IMG/VR virus record: IMGVR_UViG_3300028888_000086
Source: a virus
Lineage: Duplodnaviria; Heunggongvirae; Uroviricota; Caudoviricetes
Reading direction: 5' to 3' (one strand)
Length of the DNA stretch: 64,000 nucleotides
The position numbers and the translations under genes were made by a program. Below are positions 19,764-29,241 of the stretch, one piece after another. The notes beneath the pieces are model-generated. The model made no database searches, was not told the DNA's origin, and was given only the letters and a program-made list of their open reading frames with translations. The first letter of the stretch is position 1, and every line of letters starts with the position of its first letter.

Positions 19764-22739
19764 TCACTCCACATTCTTTCTAAGATCCATAAGTATGTTA
19801 TCAGTAAACTGCTCAATACTAGAGCTAATATTTTCTGTTTCTTCATTATAGAATCCACATAAAATTTGTTCTGATAATATTCTTTTAGTTCTTATAAAAT
19901 CAAATCTTCTTTTATCCCAAGACCAATTTTCATCAGACTTTAACTGAATTACGACTTGTGGAATATAGACGTTTATCTCTGAAAATTTAGATCCACGTCT
20001 AGCTATTCTCCCAACTAACTGCACATAATCAGCATTAGTCCACGGTAAACTTAAGATTACTATTTTATTACAGCATTTTTGAAGTCCATCAATACCGGTT
20101 CCAATAGGGCTAGATGCAATAATAATATCACAATCTCCACTAATGAATTTATCCTCTAGTATTGAATTTCTATCTTTTACATCAACTTCTCCAGTATATA
20201 TTTCATAGGTAAATCCTTTTTCTTTTACCCACGACTCAATAATTGGAATAGATAACGTACTAATACTATAAATAATAGTTTTAGATTTAATTTCATCTTT
20301 AACTGAATCAAGTTTAATTCTAGTTAAGGCTTTATCAACTGTACTCCATGACATCTTATCTTGACTTATAAGACTGCTTTTAATATCAGTTCCATTAACT
20401 TCATTAAAATATGTATTAGTCTTTATGTCAAAATCAGAATTTCCAAAGATTCTAATACCGTTTTCAAATAACTCATACCTAGCAAGAACTTTATTTTTTA
20501 TAGTCCTGTTTCTAGTTTTGAATTTAGGATTTACACCACTAAGTAATCCCAAGACTGAATGAAGCTCAGTTAGGTCATTCTTAAAAGGTGTTGCTGATAA
20601 TCCTAAGACCTTGAGTTTTGGATTGTGTTTTTGTGCTTCCATTCTCATAATCTTTAGATATCTGTAAGTATTAGACTCTTTTGAATCTTCCATCTTTTTT
20701 GCTCTCTGTATTTCATCAAGTACTATAAAATCAACCATACCAGATTTAACTAGATTCATTATAGGTTCCTCTAAAATATCAGAAGTCCTAAATTTATCAT
20801 AGTTAATCAAGATATAATTAAATTTGTTCTCATCTATAGCATCAAGACAATTTTTATTTCCATTATAATCAATTACTATGCTATCTTTTTTATAGCATTT
20901 CTTTATTTCTCTTTTAACTGTATCTTTAACAGACAAAGGAGAAACATATATAGTAATTCTCATTCTGGAATATCTTGAAGCATACAGAGCACTTAATGTT
21001 TTACCACTACCAACTTCGGACCAGTTTCCAAAATACGGAGTCCTATTTAATTTATAAGCTACGTATTTTTGAAGTAAATCAGGTCTTAATGTATCTGGTA
21101 AACAATATATACAGGTAGTATCAAGATTAAAAACTTCATTGTACTCTCCTAATACAATTTCTCTTATCTCCCACAACCAATCTGAATGTTCAGATTTCTT
21201 TAATGATTTTAATTCTTCGATTGTAATATATAAATTGCTATAAGAGTCATTAATTATCTCTTGCCAAAAATCTTTGACCTTCTTTACTTTAAGTAGATCA
21301 TATAATTCCCCACTTAAAGTAATATTAGCAAGTATTTTTTCAAGAGTAAGCACGGTTTTCATACATCTAGAAATGCCAAATATTTTTTCTCTTTCTGGCA
21401 TCTCATAACCCAGATCCTCAGCTAATCTTCCTATAGTATCTCTTCTGTTCTGAGTATCTATTTCCGTTGATGCTATCTTATCTATAGCACTTCCAGAACA
21501 CTCAAGACCCAAAAGAACTAAATCATCAAAATCAAGATATTCAAAATCAAAAATTGTAATATCCTGAAGTCTTGGATCCAGGTTATATATAGGACCTTCT
21601 TTATATTTTTCTATCAGCTCTTTGAATTTAGGTTCATTTTTATGTACATAGAGAAAATTGTATAATCCAATTTCCTTTTTATTAGAGGGTTTAGGAAGTC
21701 TATTGTGTTTTATACAAAATTCTTCCAATTCTTCATATGTATAGTGGTTAAATCTATCATATTTTTCCCACAGTTCCTTAAATCTAGGTTCATTTTTATG
21801 CTTTCTAAAAAATTGATATAAACCAGTTTCAGTTTCCCCTCTATACTGACTAGGAAGTCTATTATTCTTTTTACAAAATTCTTCCAATTCTTCATACGTA
21901 TAATAATGAATTTTATTATATTTTTTATATAATTCTTTAAATCTTGGTTCATTTTTATGCTTTCTAAAAAATCGATATAAACCACCTTCTTCTTTATATT
22001 CACTACTTGGAAGTCTATTATGTTTTATACAAAATTCTTCCAATTCTTCATACGTATACTTCTTATCAGATTTACCATATTTTTCTATTAATTTCTTAAA
22101 CCTAGGCTCATCTTTATCTCTATGATAAACTAGAAATTGATATAATCTAATTTCTTCTTTATCAGAAGATTTAGGAAGTCTATTGTGTTTTATACAAAAT
22201 TCTTCCAATTCTTCATACGTATACTTCTTATCAGATTTACCATATTTTTCTATTAATTTCTTAAATCTAGGCTCATCTTTATGTATTCTAAGATATTGAT
22301 ATAGACCTTTTTCACTATATTTAGGAAGTCTATTGTGTTTTATACAAAATTCTTCCAATTCTTCGAATGTATTAAAATGATAGAGCCTGTGGAGTTTACC
22401 ATATTTTTCTATCAATTTCTTAAACCTAGGCTCATTTTTATGTATTCTAAGAAATTGATATAAACCAGTTTCCCCTTTATTTTTATTTTGTGGAAGTCTA
22501 TTATTCTTTTTACAAAATTCTTCCAGATCTTCATATATATATTTTTTATGGATTTTACTATAATTTTCCCACAATTCTTTAAATCTTGGTTCATTTTTAT
22601 ATTTCCAAAAAAATCGATATAAACTGCTTTCTTCTCTATACTTTTTTTGTGGAAGTCTATTATTCTTTTTACAAAATTCTTCCAATTCTTCATACGTATA
22701 AATTTTACTTTTGTTTCTTTTTTCTTCTTTGTTTTTCAT
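19764..22739 (-). CDS. SF2 helicase with 9 N-terminal ~45-aa tandem repeats (helicase-associated 'HA'-domain-like)
   Basis: Repeat YTYEELEEFCKKNNRLP...GLYQFL..HKNEPRFKELxEKY occurs 9 times. Helicase motifs GSGKT (I), VLDEIQ (II), GLSATP (III), GTGIDGLQ. Confidence 0.8.
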   Translation of the reverse strand: MKNKEEKRNKSKIYTYEELEEFCKKNNRLPQKKYREESSLYRFFWKYKNEPRFKELWENYSKIHKKYIYEDLEEFCKKNNRLPQNKNKGETGLYQFLRIHKNEPRFKKLIEKYGKLHRLYHFNTFEELEEFCIKHNRLPKYSEKGLYQYLRIHKDEPRFKKLIEKYGKSDKKYTYEELEEFCIKHNRLPKSSDKEEIRLYQFLVYHRDKDEPRFKKLIEKYGKSDKKYTYEELEEFCIKHNRLPSSEYKEEGGLYRFFRKHKNEPRFKELYKKYNKIHYYTYEELEEFCKKNNRLPSQYRGETETGLYQFFRKHKNEPRFKELWEKYDRFNHYTYEELEEFCIKHNRLPKPSNKKEIGLYNFLYVHKNEPKFKELIEKYKEGPIYNLDPRLQDITIFDFEYLDFDDLVLLGLECSGSAIDKIASTEIDTQNRRDTIGRLAEDLGYEMPEREKIFGISRCMKTVLTLEKILANITLSGELYDLLKVKKVKDFWQEIINDSYSNLYITIEELKSLKKSEHSDWLWEIREIVLGEYNEVFNLDTTCIYCLPDTLRPDLLQKYVAYKLNRTPYFGNWSEVGSGKTLSALYASRYSRMRITIYVSPLSVKDTVKREIKKCYKKDSIVIDYNGNKNCLDAIDENKFNYILINYDKFRTSDILEEPIMNLVKSGMVDFIVLDEIQRAKKMEDSKESNTYRYLKIMRMEAQKHNPKLKVLGLSATPFKNDLTELHSVLGLLSGVNPKFKTRNRTIKNKVLARYELFENGIRIFGNSDFDIKTNTYFNEVNGTDIKSSLISQDKMSWSTVDKALTRIKLDSVKDEIKSKTIIYSISTLSIPIIESWVKEKGFTYEIYTGEVDVKDRNSILEDKFISGDCDIIIASSPIGTGIDGLQKCCNKIVILSLPWTNADYVQLVGRIARRGSKFSEINVYIPQVVIQLKSDENWSWDKRRFDFIRTKRILSEQILCGFYNEETENISSSIEQFTDNILMDLRKNVE

Positions 22740-22816
22740 AATTTTTTTAATTTTAATTGTTAATACTTGAAAATAAAAACAAGTAAATAGGATTTTATTA
22801 CCTATTTACTTCTCTA

Positions 22817-22833
22817 CATATATAAGGCTTTTA
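22817..22833 (-). promoter_or_regulatory. promoter motif (minus orientation) for the 991-aa helicase gene, followed by 5'-UTR hairpin GTAAATAGG...CCTATTTAC
   Basis: ACATATATAAGGCTTTT; divergent with the plus-strand motif at 22887-22904. Confidence 0.55.
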
Positions 22834-22923
22834 AGAATTATTAAATGGAATTTCTGAAATGCTTAAAACACGCTTAAAACGGTTAAAAATTCTTATATAT
22901 GTAAATATTAAATTTTATTAATT

Positions 22924-23313
22924 ATGTCAAATGAATTTTTATTAAATCTAGAAAACAAATTACAAGGTTGTGGTACTAGATTAAAAGAACTACATTGGAA
23001 CGCACCTAGTTTAAGTGTTCATAAATTAGTTGATGAATTTACAACAGAATTTAGAGAATTTGAAGATAATTTAATGGAAAATGCTCAGGCTCTTTTTGGT
23101 TTTATCGAAGTTGGTGATTTAAATCCAGTATTACCTGAAGCTAAAAATTTTATTGAATTATTAGAAGATGTAAGAGGTATGCTTGTAAATATTAAAAAAG
23201 AAGCTAAAGATAGTTTAATGTGGAGTGGAATTATAAATATCGTAGATGACTTCTTTGCAACTATTAATAAATATATCTACTTATCTAATATAGTAAAACG
23301 TTCTAATGATTAA
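22924..23313 (+). CDS. hypothetical protein
   Basis: 129-aa ORF with promoter motif 20 nt upstream and a terminator hairpin at ~23324-23348. Confidence 0.6.
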   Translation: MSNEFLLNLENKLQGCGTRLKELHWNAPSLSVHKLVDEFTTEFREFEDNLMENAQALFGFIEVGDLNPVLPEAKNFIELLEDVRGMLVNIKKEAKDSLMWSGIINIVDDFFATINKYIYLSNIVKRSND

Positions 23314-23417
23314 AAACTAAGGGATAGAAGTTAAGTTTCTATCTCTTTTTATTTTCTTAAAAACCTTATTTATGATAAATTAGAATAAAAAAATAAATAT
23401 AAATATAAATAAATAAT

Positions 23418-24856
23418 ATGAAAGAAGAAAGGGCTAGAGAAATATATAAAAAGGTTAAGGATTTTGCTTGGAATAATACAGATAAACAAGAAGAATTTTG
23501 GAGAACTTTATTAAATGAAACAACTCCAGAAGATAGAAAAGATATCTATATTTTCCTAGATAATGATTTTACGGAATTTTCATTTATTAGTGAAACACCT
23601 AATGCACCTGATGATACCTGTAGATGTTTAATTGATGAAAAAGATGGAGTTAAAAATTACTGCTTCTATCTAAGTCCTGGAATCTACTGGCAGAACGTCC
23701 ATCACTTATTAAATGCATTGGGATTTACAGCAGAACCAGCATGAAATTCGATGATTTAAAGATTGGAGATAATCTAGTATGTCTAAGAATAAAAGATGAT
23801 ATAGCTATTCATTTTAATCTAAAAATTACTGCAAAAGCTCTCTATAGTTTTTCTGTTATTTCTGATACGTTAGATACATATACTTTTATTGTACCAACGG
23901 ATAAAAAAGTAAACGGAAAAATTGTATTGTTAGATAATGGCAGTGATAATTTTGATGAGAGTATTCGAGAGTATTTATTTGAAACCCTCGAAGATTGTAA
24001 GAAATTCGCTATTAACTATTATAAACAGAGAATAAAAAACTATGAAGAAACTATTCAAAGAGTTAAAACCTGGTGATACTATATTTTTAGTAGGAAGCCC
24101 AGATTTTATAGCACATGAAGATTTAGTAGAGAATTTTAGTCTTTTTAAAATCAAAGATATTATTCCTACGTTAGATGGAAAAAGAAATCAAATCATATGT
24201 CTAAGTGGAGAATTTTATAGTATACTTACAGATATAAAAGAAAAAAAGATTTCTTATTTTACTACTTTAAAAGATGTGGATATTACAGGTCATCAAGCTT
24301 CAATACGAATTGATGAGTGGTCTGAAAAATTTACAAAAACTATATCAGAGTATAGAACTTTCTTATGTTTTCCTGATGTTAATTCTGGACTTGATTTCCT
24401 AGAAAAAAGATTCAAGAAATATTTAGAAGATATAAAAGAAAGTAAAGAAATAAACAAAAAAATTATAGAAAAGTGAAAATACTATTACTTATGATATTAT
24501 GTCATATTATTGATGATTTTGTACTTCAGCCAATATGTCTAAGTAAATTAAAACAAAAAGAATGGTGGGAACGTAATATTGGAACTAAAGAATATGGAAT
24601 GCCACTTATGTATAAATGCGATTATAAAGCTGCTCTAATTATACACTCACTAAGTTGGTCAATAATGATAAACTTACCTTTGTTTTTATTTACTTCAGAT
24701 TTAGCTATTGGATTATCTGTATTTATTAATTGTATTATTCATTATATTATAGACGATTTAAAAGCTAATAAAAAGAAAATAAACCTTCAAATTGACCAAA
24801 GTATACATATTGTACAAATTTTCTTGACATATATTATATTATCACTTCTAAAATAA
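23418..24856 (+). CDS. operon of four translationally coupled hypothetical proteins (23418-23744, 23741-24076, 24042-24476, 24473-24856; the last is a multi-TM membrane protein)
   Basis: ATGA overlaps join the ORFs. 24473-24856 has four hydrophobic segments. Confidence 0.55.
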
Positions 24857-24904
24857 ATAAAAAAGAAAGATAGATTAATTTCTATCTTCTTTTATTTTTA
24901 TATC

Positions 24905-25756
24905 TTAGTTAGAGAACAGTTTATTATATTTTTCTAATGTCTCATCTTCTGCTTCTTTACCCCATCTTGAATAAATAACTACACCCCTTGAAGTTAATGA
25001 GCAAATAAATGGGTCTTCTGGTCGTCTGTAGAATCTTATACTTCTAGGAGCATCTTTCATTTCATTTCTAGGAGCAGCTATAAACATTTTACTATCCACT
25101 TTATGAACAGTTACGTCACAGATTTTTCTCACTTCTTTTTCTGGTAAATAAGATCTTAAATAATTTTTTATATAAGATTGAGAGCTCTCTCTTATTAATA
25201 TAAATGGTAGAGTTTTTAAAAACTTTTTAGTAGACAGTCTTAAATCTCCTGAAGAACGAAACGTATGTATCTCTGTTATTCTATATGTATTAAGATTATA
25301 ATATTCTCTCAACATTAATGGTGATGGACTTATAAAGTTATGACTGAGATTTTCTATCTTATCTTTGGCATTTTTTATCTCTTGTAGATTTTTATCTGGT
25401 ACAACTCCAAGATAATCAGAAAATTCTCTACAAATAAGATTATACTTTTTAATTAAATAAATAAAGTCTTCTATTTTAATTAATATTGTATTTTCTCCAA
25501 AATAATTCTTTAATTCTTTTATAAGCAATAATGACTCTAAAGCGGTTTTAATGGTATTATTAAAATTCTCACCTTTTTTAATTATTTCTGTTCTATCTCT
25601 TAGTATCTTAGAATTAAAAAATCCCAATTCACCCATTAACTCTAAACTATTATTTTTTGATGAATTAAGTTTAGAATTTAATTTACTAAGAGCTGTTAAA
25701 TCATTTACAAAATTAACTGTTTTTTCTTCTAGTTCTTTTTCTAATGTACTAAACAT
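24905..25756 (-). CDS. hypothetical protein
   Basis: 283-aa ORF; a convergent terminator hairpin lies at 24863-24888. Confidence 0.55.
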   Translation of the reverse strand: MFSTLEKELEEKTVNFVNDLTALSKLNSKLNSSKNNSLELMGELGFFNSKILRDRTEIIKKGENFNNTIKTALESLLLIKELKNYFGENTILIKIEDFIYLIKKYNLICREFSDYLGVVPDKNLQEIKNAKDKIENLSHNFISPSPLMLREYYNLNTYRITEIHTFRSSGDLRLSTKKFLKTLPFILIRESSQSYIKNYLRSYLPEKEVRKICDVTVHKVDSKMFIAAPRNEMKDAPRSIRFYRRPEDPFICSLTSRGVVIYSRWGKEAEDETLEKYNKLFSN

Positions 25757-25843
25757 AATATTTTATTTTTAATAATTTACATATATTAGGTTTTGAAATA
25801 CTTATAATTGAATATAAAATAAACAACTTAATCGTCAATAGTT

Positions 25844-26416
25844 ATGTTTAATAGTAAATTAAAAAATGCTACACTAGATGAAATGATGGTAGCTATTAAA
25901 AGAAATGTTAAACCTTCAAAATGTATAGAAAATTTTGAAGGATTGTTGAGAGAAATTAAAGATGAACGAATTATTAACATTTTTATTAAAGAAATGTATG
26001 GATTCTTATCTGATTTATTTAATTTATTTCATGAGATAGATAAAATAAGCAGTAAAGAAATAAAAGCAAAGATGTTAACAAAAGAGTTCATTAAGCCAGA
26101 AAATTACTTTAAAAACTCTAAAAAGTTAGCAGATAAAATAATGAGATACAGAGCAGCTTATGAGTTTTTAAATAAAAGGTTTACAACATTTACTAGAACA
26201 ACAAATAAAACTCCAGTAAATATTAAGTATAAAGAAGCAGTGGAGTTAGTAAATGATAAAACTTGGGATAAAACAGAAGATGAAATAAAAGAATTAGCAA
26301 GAAAAGTAATGCTTCTGTATAATCATATTCCGGCTATATATAAAGCTCTCATACAAACAAAAAGAAGAAAATTAGGACTTGATTGTAATTCTAAAAAGTT
26401 TAAAGAACAGGTATAG
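25844..26416 (+). CDS. hypothetical protein
   Basis: 190-aa ORF; terminator at 26439-26468. Confidence 0.55.
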   Translation: MFNSKLKNATLDEMMVAIKRNVKPSKCIENFEGLLREIKDERIINIFIKEMYGFLSDLFNLFHEIDKISSKEIKAKMLTKEFIKPENYFKNSKKLADKIMRYRAAYEFLNKRFTTFTRTTNKTPVNIKYKEAVELVNDKTWDKTEDEIKELARKVMLLYNHIPAIYKALIQTKRRKLGLDCNSKKFKEQV

Positions 26417-26475
26417 TCCATAATTATCTTCAAAAAAAAGAAGAATAGAAGTTAAATCTACTCTTCTATTATTTT

Positions 26476-27018
26476 TTATATACTAGCTATTATAGTATAA
26501 TCATCAGAAAATTCTATAATTAAATTTTGTAAACACTCATTTAAAGACTTAGTAAAATTTAATAAGGTTTCATATGTTCCCCAACCATTAGGAGAGTTAA
26601 ATTTTTCTAGATCCGTTTTATTATCTTTTAAATATTTATAACCAATTTCTATACCATCAATATATTTTTGATCTACATATTTAAAATTTAATACATCAGG
26701 ATGCCATAAATAATCATACAATGTCTTATCATTTATTGGAACATTTCTAGCCATTTGACCTAGATTATGTGTTATATTACCACTCCAAATAGTATTAGTC
26801 TCATATTCTACTTCATTAATATTACTTAAGTCTATATTAGGAAAATAAGCTTTAACCTCATCTATTGTTTTTAATTCTACAACTTCTCCATCCTTCCTTA
26901 CATATACGCCGGTTCCTTTATGTTTTACTGGTTTAGTTGAAATAATATCTAAATCTAAACTCATATATTTAATTGATTTATAAACTTTTCTTTTCCATGC
27001 TCTGTATTTAATTCCCAT
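26476..27018 (-). CDS. hypothetical protein (likely starts at the internal Met MSLDLDI, ~26961)
   Basis: ORF downstream of the Thg1-like gene. Confidence 0.5.
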   Translation of the reverse strand: MGIKYRAWKRKVYKSIKYMSLDLDIISTKPVKHKGTGVYVRKDGEVVELKTIDEVKAYFPNIDLSNINEVEYETNTIWSGNITHNLGQMARNVPINDKTLYDYLWHPDVLNFKYVDQKYIDGIEIGYKYLKDNKTDLEKFNSPNGWGTYETLLNFTKSLNECLQNLIIEFSDDYTIIASI

Positions 27019-27758
27019 CCATCATGAGATTTCCATACACTTCTTAAATAATCACCATATTCTTCTGAGTGATGCATTTCTTCTTCTTTCCATATAAATC
27101 TACCAAACTTTTTACCAGCATCATAATCATTCCAATCTATATTATATTTAGACTTTAATAATTCTATCTGCTCATCTGAATTTAAATTTAGTAGATCATT
27201 GTGAGATATGTAAGTTTGAGCTGCCTGTTGTTTGCTATTCTTTATACAGTCTAATTGTCTATATAAAAACCAAGCATAAACATCATTATCATTATCTACA
27301 TTAAAAGCTTTACAGTCAAACTGAAAAGGCTTATATTTACTAAATAAATCATTAACTCCTTCAATAATATCTCTAAAACTGGCACATTCACAGATAGATA
27401 AATTATGCTTTATCATCTCTAAGTTAAAAAATCCAGTTGCAATAGAAGAAATTAAACTATTTAACTTACATAACCTATATTCAAAAAATGGCTGATTTAT
27501 TTCATTTCTAGAGTCAATAAAGAAAGAAATCTCATCACTTTGAACATAAGCAAATTTACAACATTGAATTTCTTTACTTGTATATTCCGCTGTTTTATTC
27601 ATTAAGTCTATAAAGAAATCATCGAATGGCCTCTTAAATTTCTTCTTTATTCTCTTACTAAAACTCCTACCATCTATCATACAAATTAATGGTAAATCCT
27701 TGTTTAATTTATAATTAACTCTCTCTCTATACTCATTAAACTTTTCTTCTAATGTCAT
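26961..27758 (-). CDS. Thg1-like protein (tRNA-His guanylyltransferase / 3'-5' nucleotidyltransferase family)
   Basis: ICMIDGRSFSK matches Thg1 VVRIDGKKFHEF, and AYVQSDEISFF matches AFGESDEYSFIL. The size fits. Confidence 0.6.
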   Translation of the reverse strand: MTLEEKFNEYRERVNYKLNKDLPLICMIDGRSFSKRIKKKFKRPFDDFFIDLMNKTAEYTSKEIQCCKFAYVQSDEISFFIDSRNEINQPFFEYRLCKLNSLISSIATGFFNLEMIKHNLSICECASFRDIIEGVNDLFSKYKPFQFDCKAFNVDNDNDVYAWFLYRQLDCIKNSKQQAAQTYISHNDLLNLNSDEQIELLKSKYNIDWNDYDAGKKFGRFIWKEEEMHHSEEYGDYLRSVWKSHDGWELNTEHGKEKFINQLNI

Positions 27759-27760
27759 AA

Positions 27761-27973
27761 TTACTGTTTTATTCTATTAAAAAATGAAGGTAATAATAAT
27801 TTAGATAAAATGAATAAACAACATGCTCCTAAATAAGTTATTTTACTTAAATTAAAAATAGGCATAACTAAATTCCAACAGGGCCATATTATCAATCCAT
27901 AAAAGAAACCTTTAATTAAAATAACTAATAAACTTAATAAATTCGTTGCTACTATTTCAATTAGATCTTTCAT
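27761..27973 (-). CDS. small membrane protein
   Basis: 70 aa with 2 hydrophobic helices. Confidence 0.45.
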   Translation of the reverse strand: MKDLIEIVATNLLSLLVILIKGFFYGLIIWPCWNLVMPIFNLSKITYLGACCLFILSKLLLPSFFNRIKQ

Positions 27974-28032
27974 AATAATTTATATATTCAATTATAAGAT
28001 TTTTAAAACCTTATATATGTAAAATTTTAATT

Positions 28033-28761
28033 ATGACTAAAATACAAGAAACTATAGAAAAAGAATCAAAAGAACTAAATATAAAAGAACAAGAACTAAA
28101 TAAAAAAATAGAGGAATTATTAGAATCTTTTGACTATTATAATAACATAGTAGAAAAATTAAGAAAAATGTTTATCGAGTATGAAATATATGATAATATA
28201 ATATGTTTTTCTACTTTAGAAAATAATAGTGATATCTTAAACATTAATCTTGATATAAACTATGTTATTAAAATACTTTATAACGATAATATATTTCAAT
28301 TTAATGCGGTTGATTTTAAAAATAATGATACAAAATTCAATGTATACATATATAATATAAAAAATAATATAATTAAATATACATCAGATAATTTTGAAAA
28401 TTTAAAAAATGATATAATTAAATGGTTATTAACTATCTAAAAATAAAATATGTTTAAAGATTTTATAGAATTGTTTAAAAAGAAAGAATTTAATGCAGAA
28501 AATTGTAGAAATATACAAAATAAATCAATATTAGGAAAATCAAATATTAAAATAAACGAAATAACTTCTTTAATAAAATATAAAGTTTCTAATTCAAATT
28601 ATGAAACTACTGTTATATTTACAATTGATAAAGATGAAGAAATTATTTACCAAGAAGTTACTAAGCATTTTAAAGATTTAGGGTTTATAGTATTGGTTAA
28701 AAAGTTTGAAGAATTGGGAGATCAAGAGTTTATAATAATATCTTGGGTAAAACCTGAATAA
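28033..28761 (+). CDS. two hypothetical proteins (28033-28440, 28450-28761)
   Basis: Promoter motif at 28005-28022, 11 nt before the ATG. Confidence 0.55.
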
Positions 28762-28784
28762 AATAAAAAGAGTAGAAATTTAAT

Positions 28785-29237
28785 CTACTCTTTACTTTTT
28801 ATTTTAGCTATACCAGAAAAAGTTTTATTAATAAATTCCTTTTCAAGTTCTGTTAATTTTTTTCCTTTTGTATAATCCAACATATAATTACCTAATAATT
28901 CTTGCTCCTCTATTTCATTCTTTATTATTATATTTACAGTATTCCAGAAATTTCTAATCTCTTGTGGAATACTACCATTATTAATTATTAACTTATTTAC
29001 AACAACCACACCTTTATTATAAATTTCATATAATAATAATGCTTGGTCTATTTTTTCTATAGAGTACTTCAAAAATTTTTCACTTACTCTATTAGAATCA
29101 TTTGTCAATTCATCTGTAATATATTCAGTTGTTTCTAATTCAAGCCTTTCTATTTTATTTAGAGAATCTTTTGCTTTTTCTAATAATTCATTTAGATTAC
29201 TTACTAACTTTTCAATACTTACTTCATTCATACTCAT
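28785..29237 (-). CDS. hypothetical coiled-coil protein
   Basis: 150-aa ORF downstream of the helicase. Confidence 0.5.
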   Translation of the reverse strand: MSMNEVSIEKLVSNLNELLEKAKDSLNKIERLELETTEYITDELTNDSNRVSEKFLKYSIEKIDQALLLYEIYNKGVVVVNKLIINNGSIPQEIRNFWNTVNIIIKNEIEEQELLGNYMLDYTKGKKLTELEKEFINKTFSGIAKIKSKE

Positions 29238-29241
29238 ATTA

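Noticed and set aside
21710-22693. Regular ~130-bp DNA repeats that could be mistaken for a CRISPR-like array, plus alternative-frame ORFs 21710-22003 and 22412-22693
   Set aside because: The repeats are in-frame coding repeats of the 991-aa helicase. There are no spacer-like unique segments and no cas genes.
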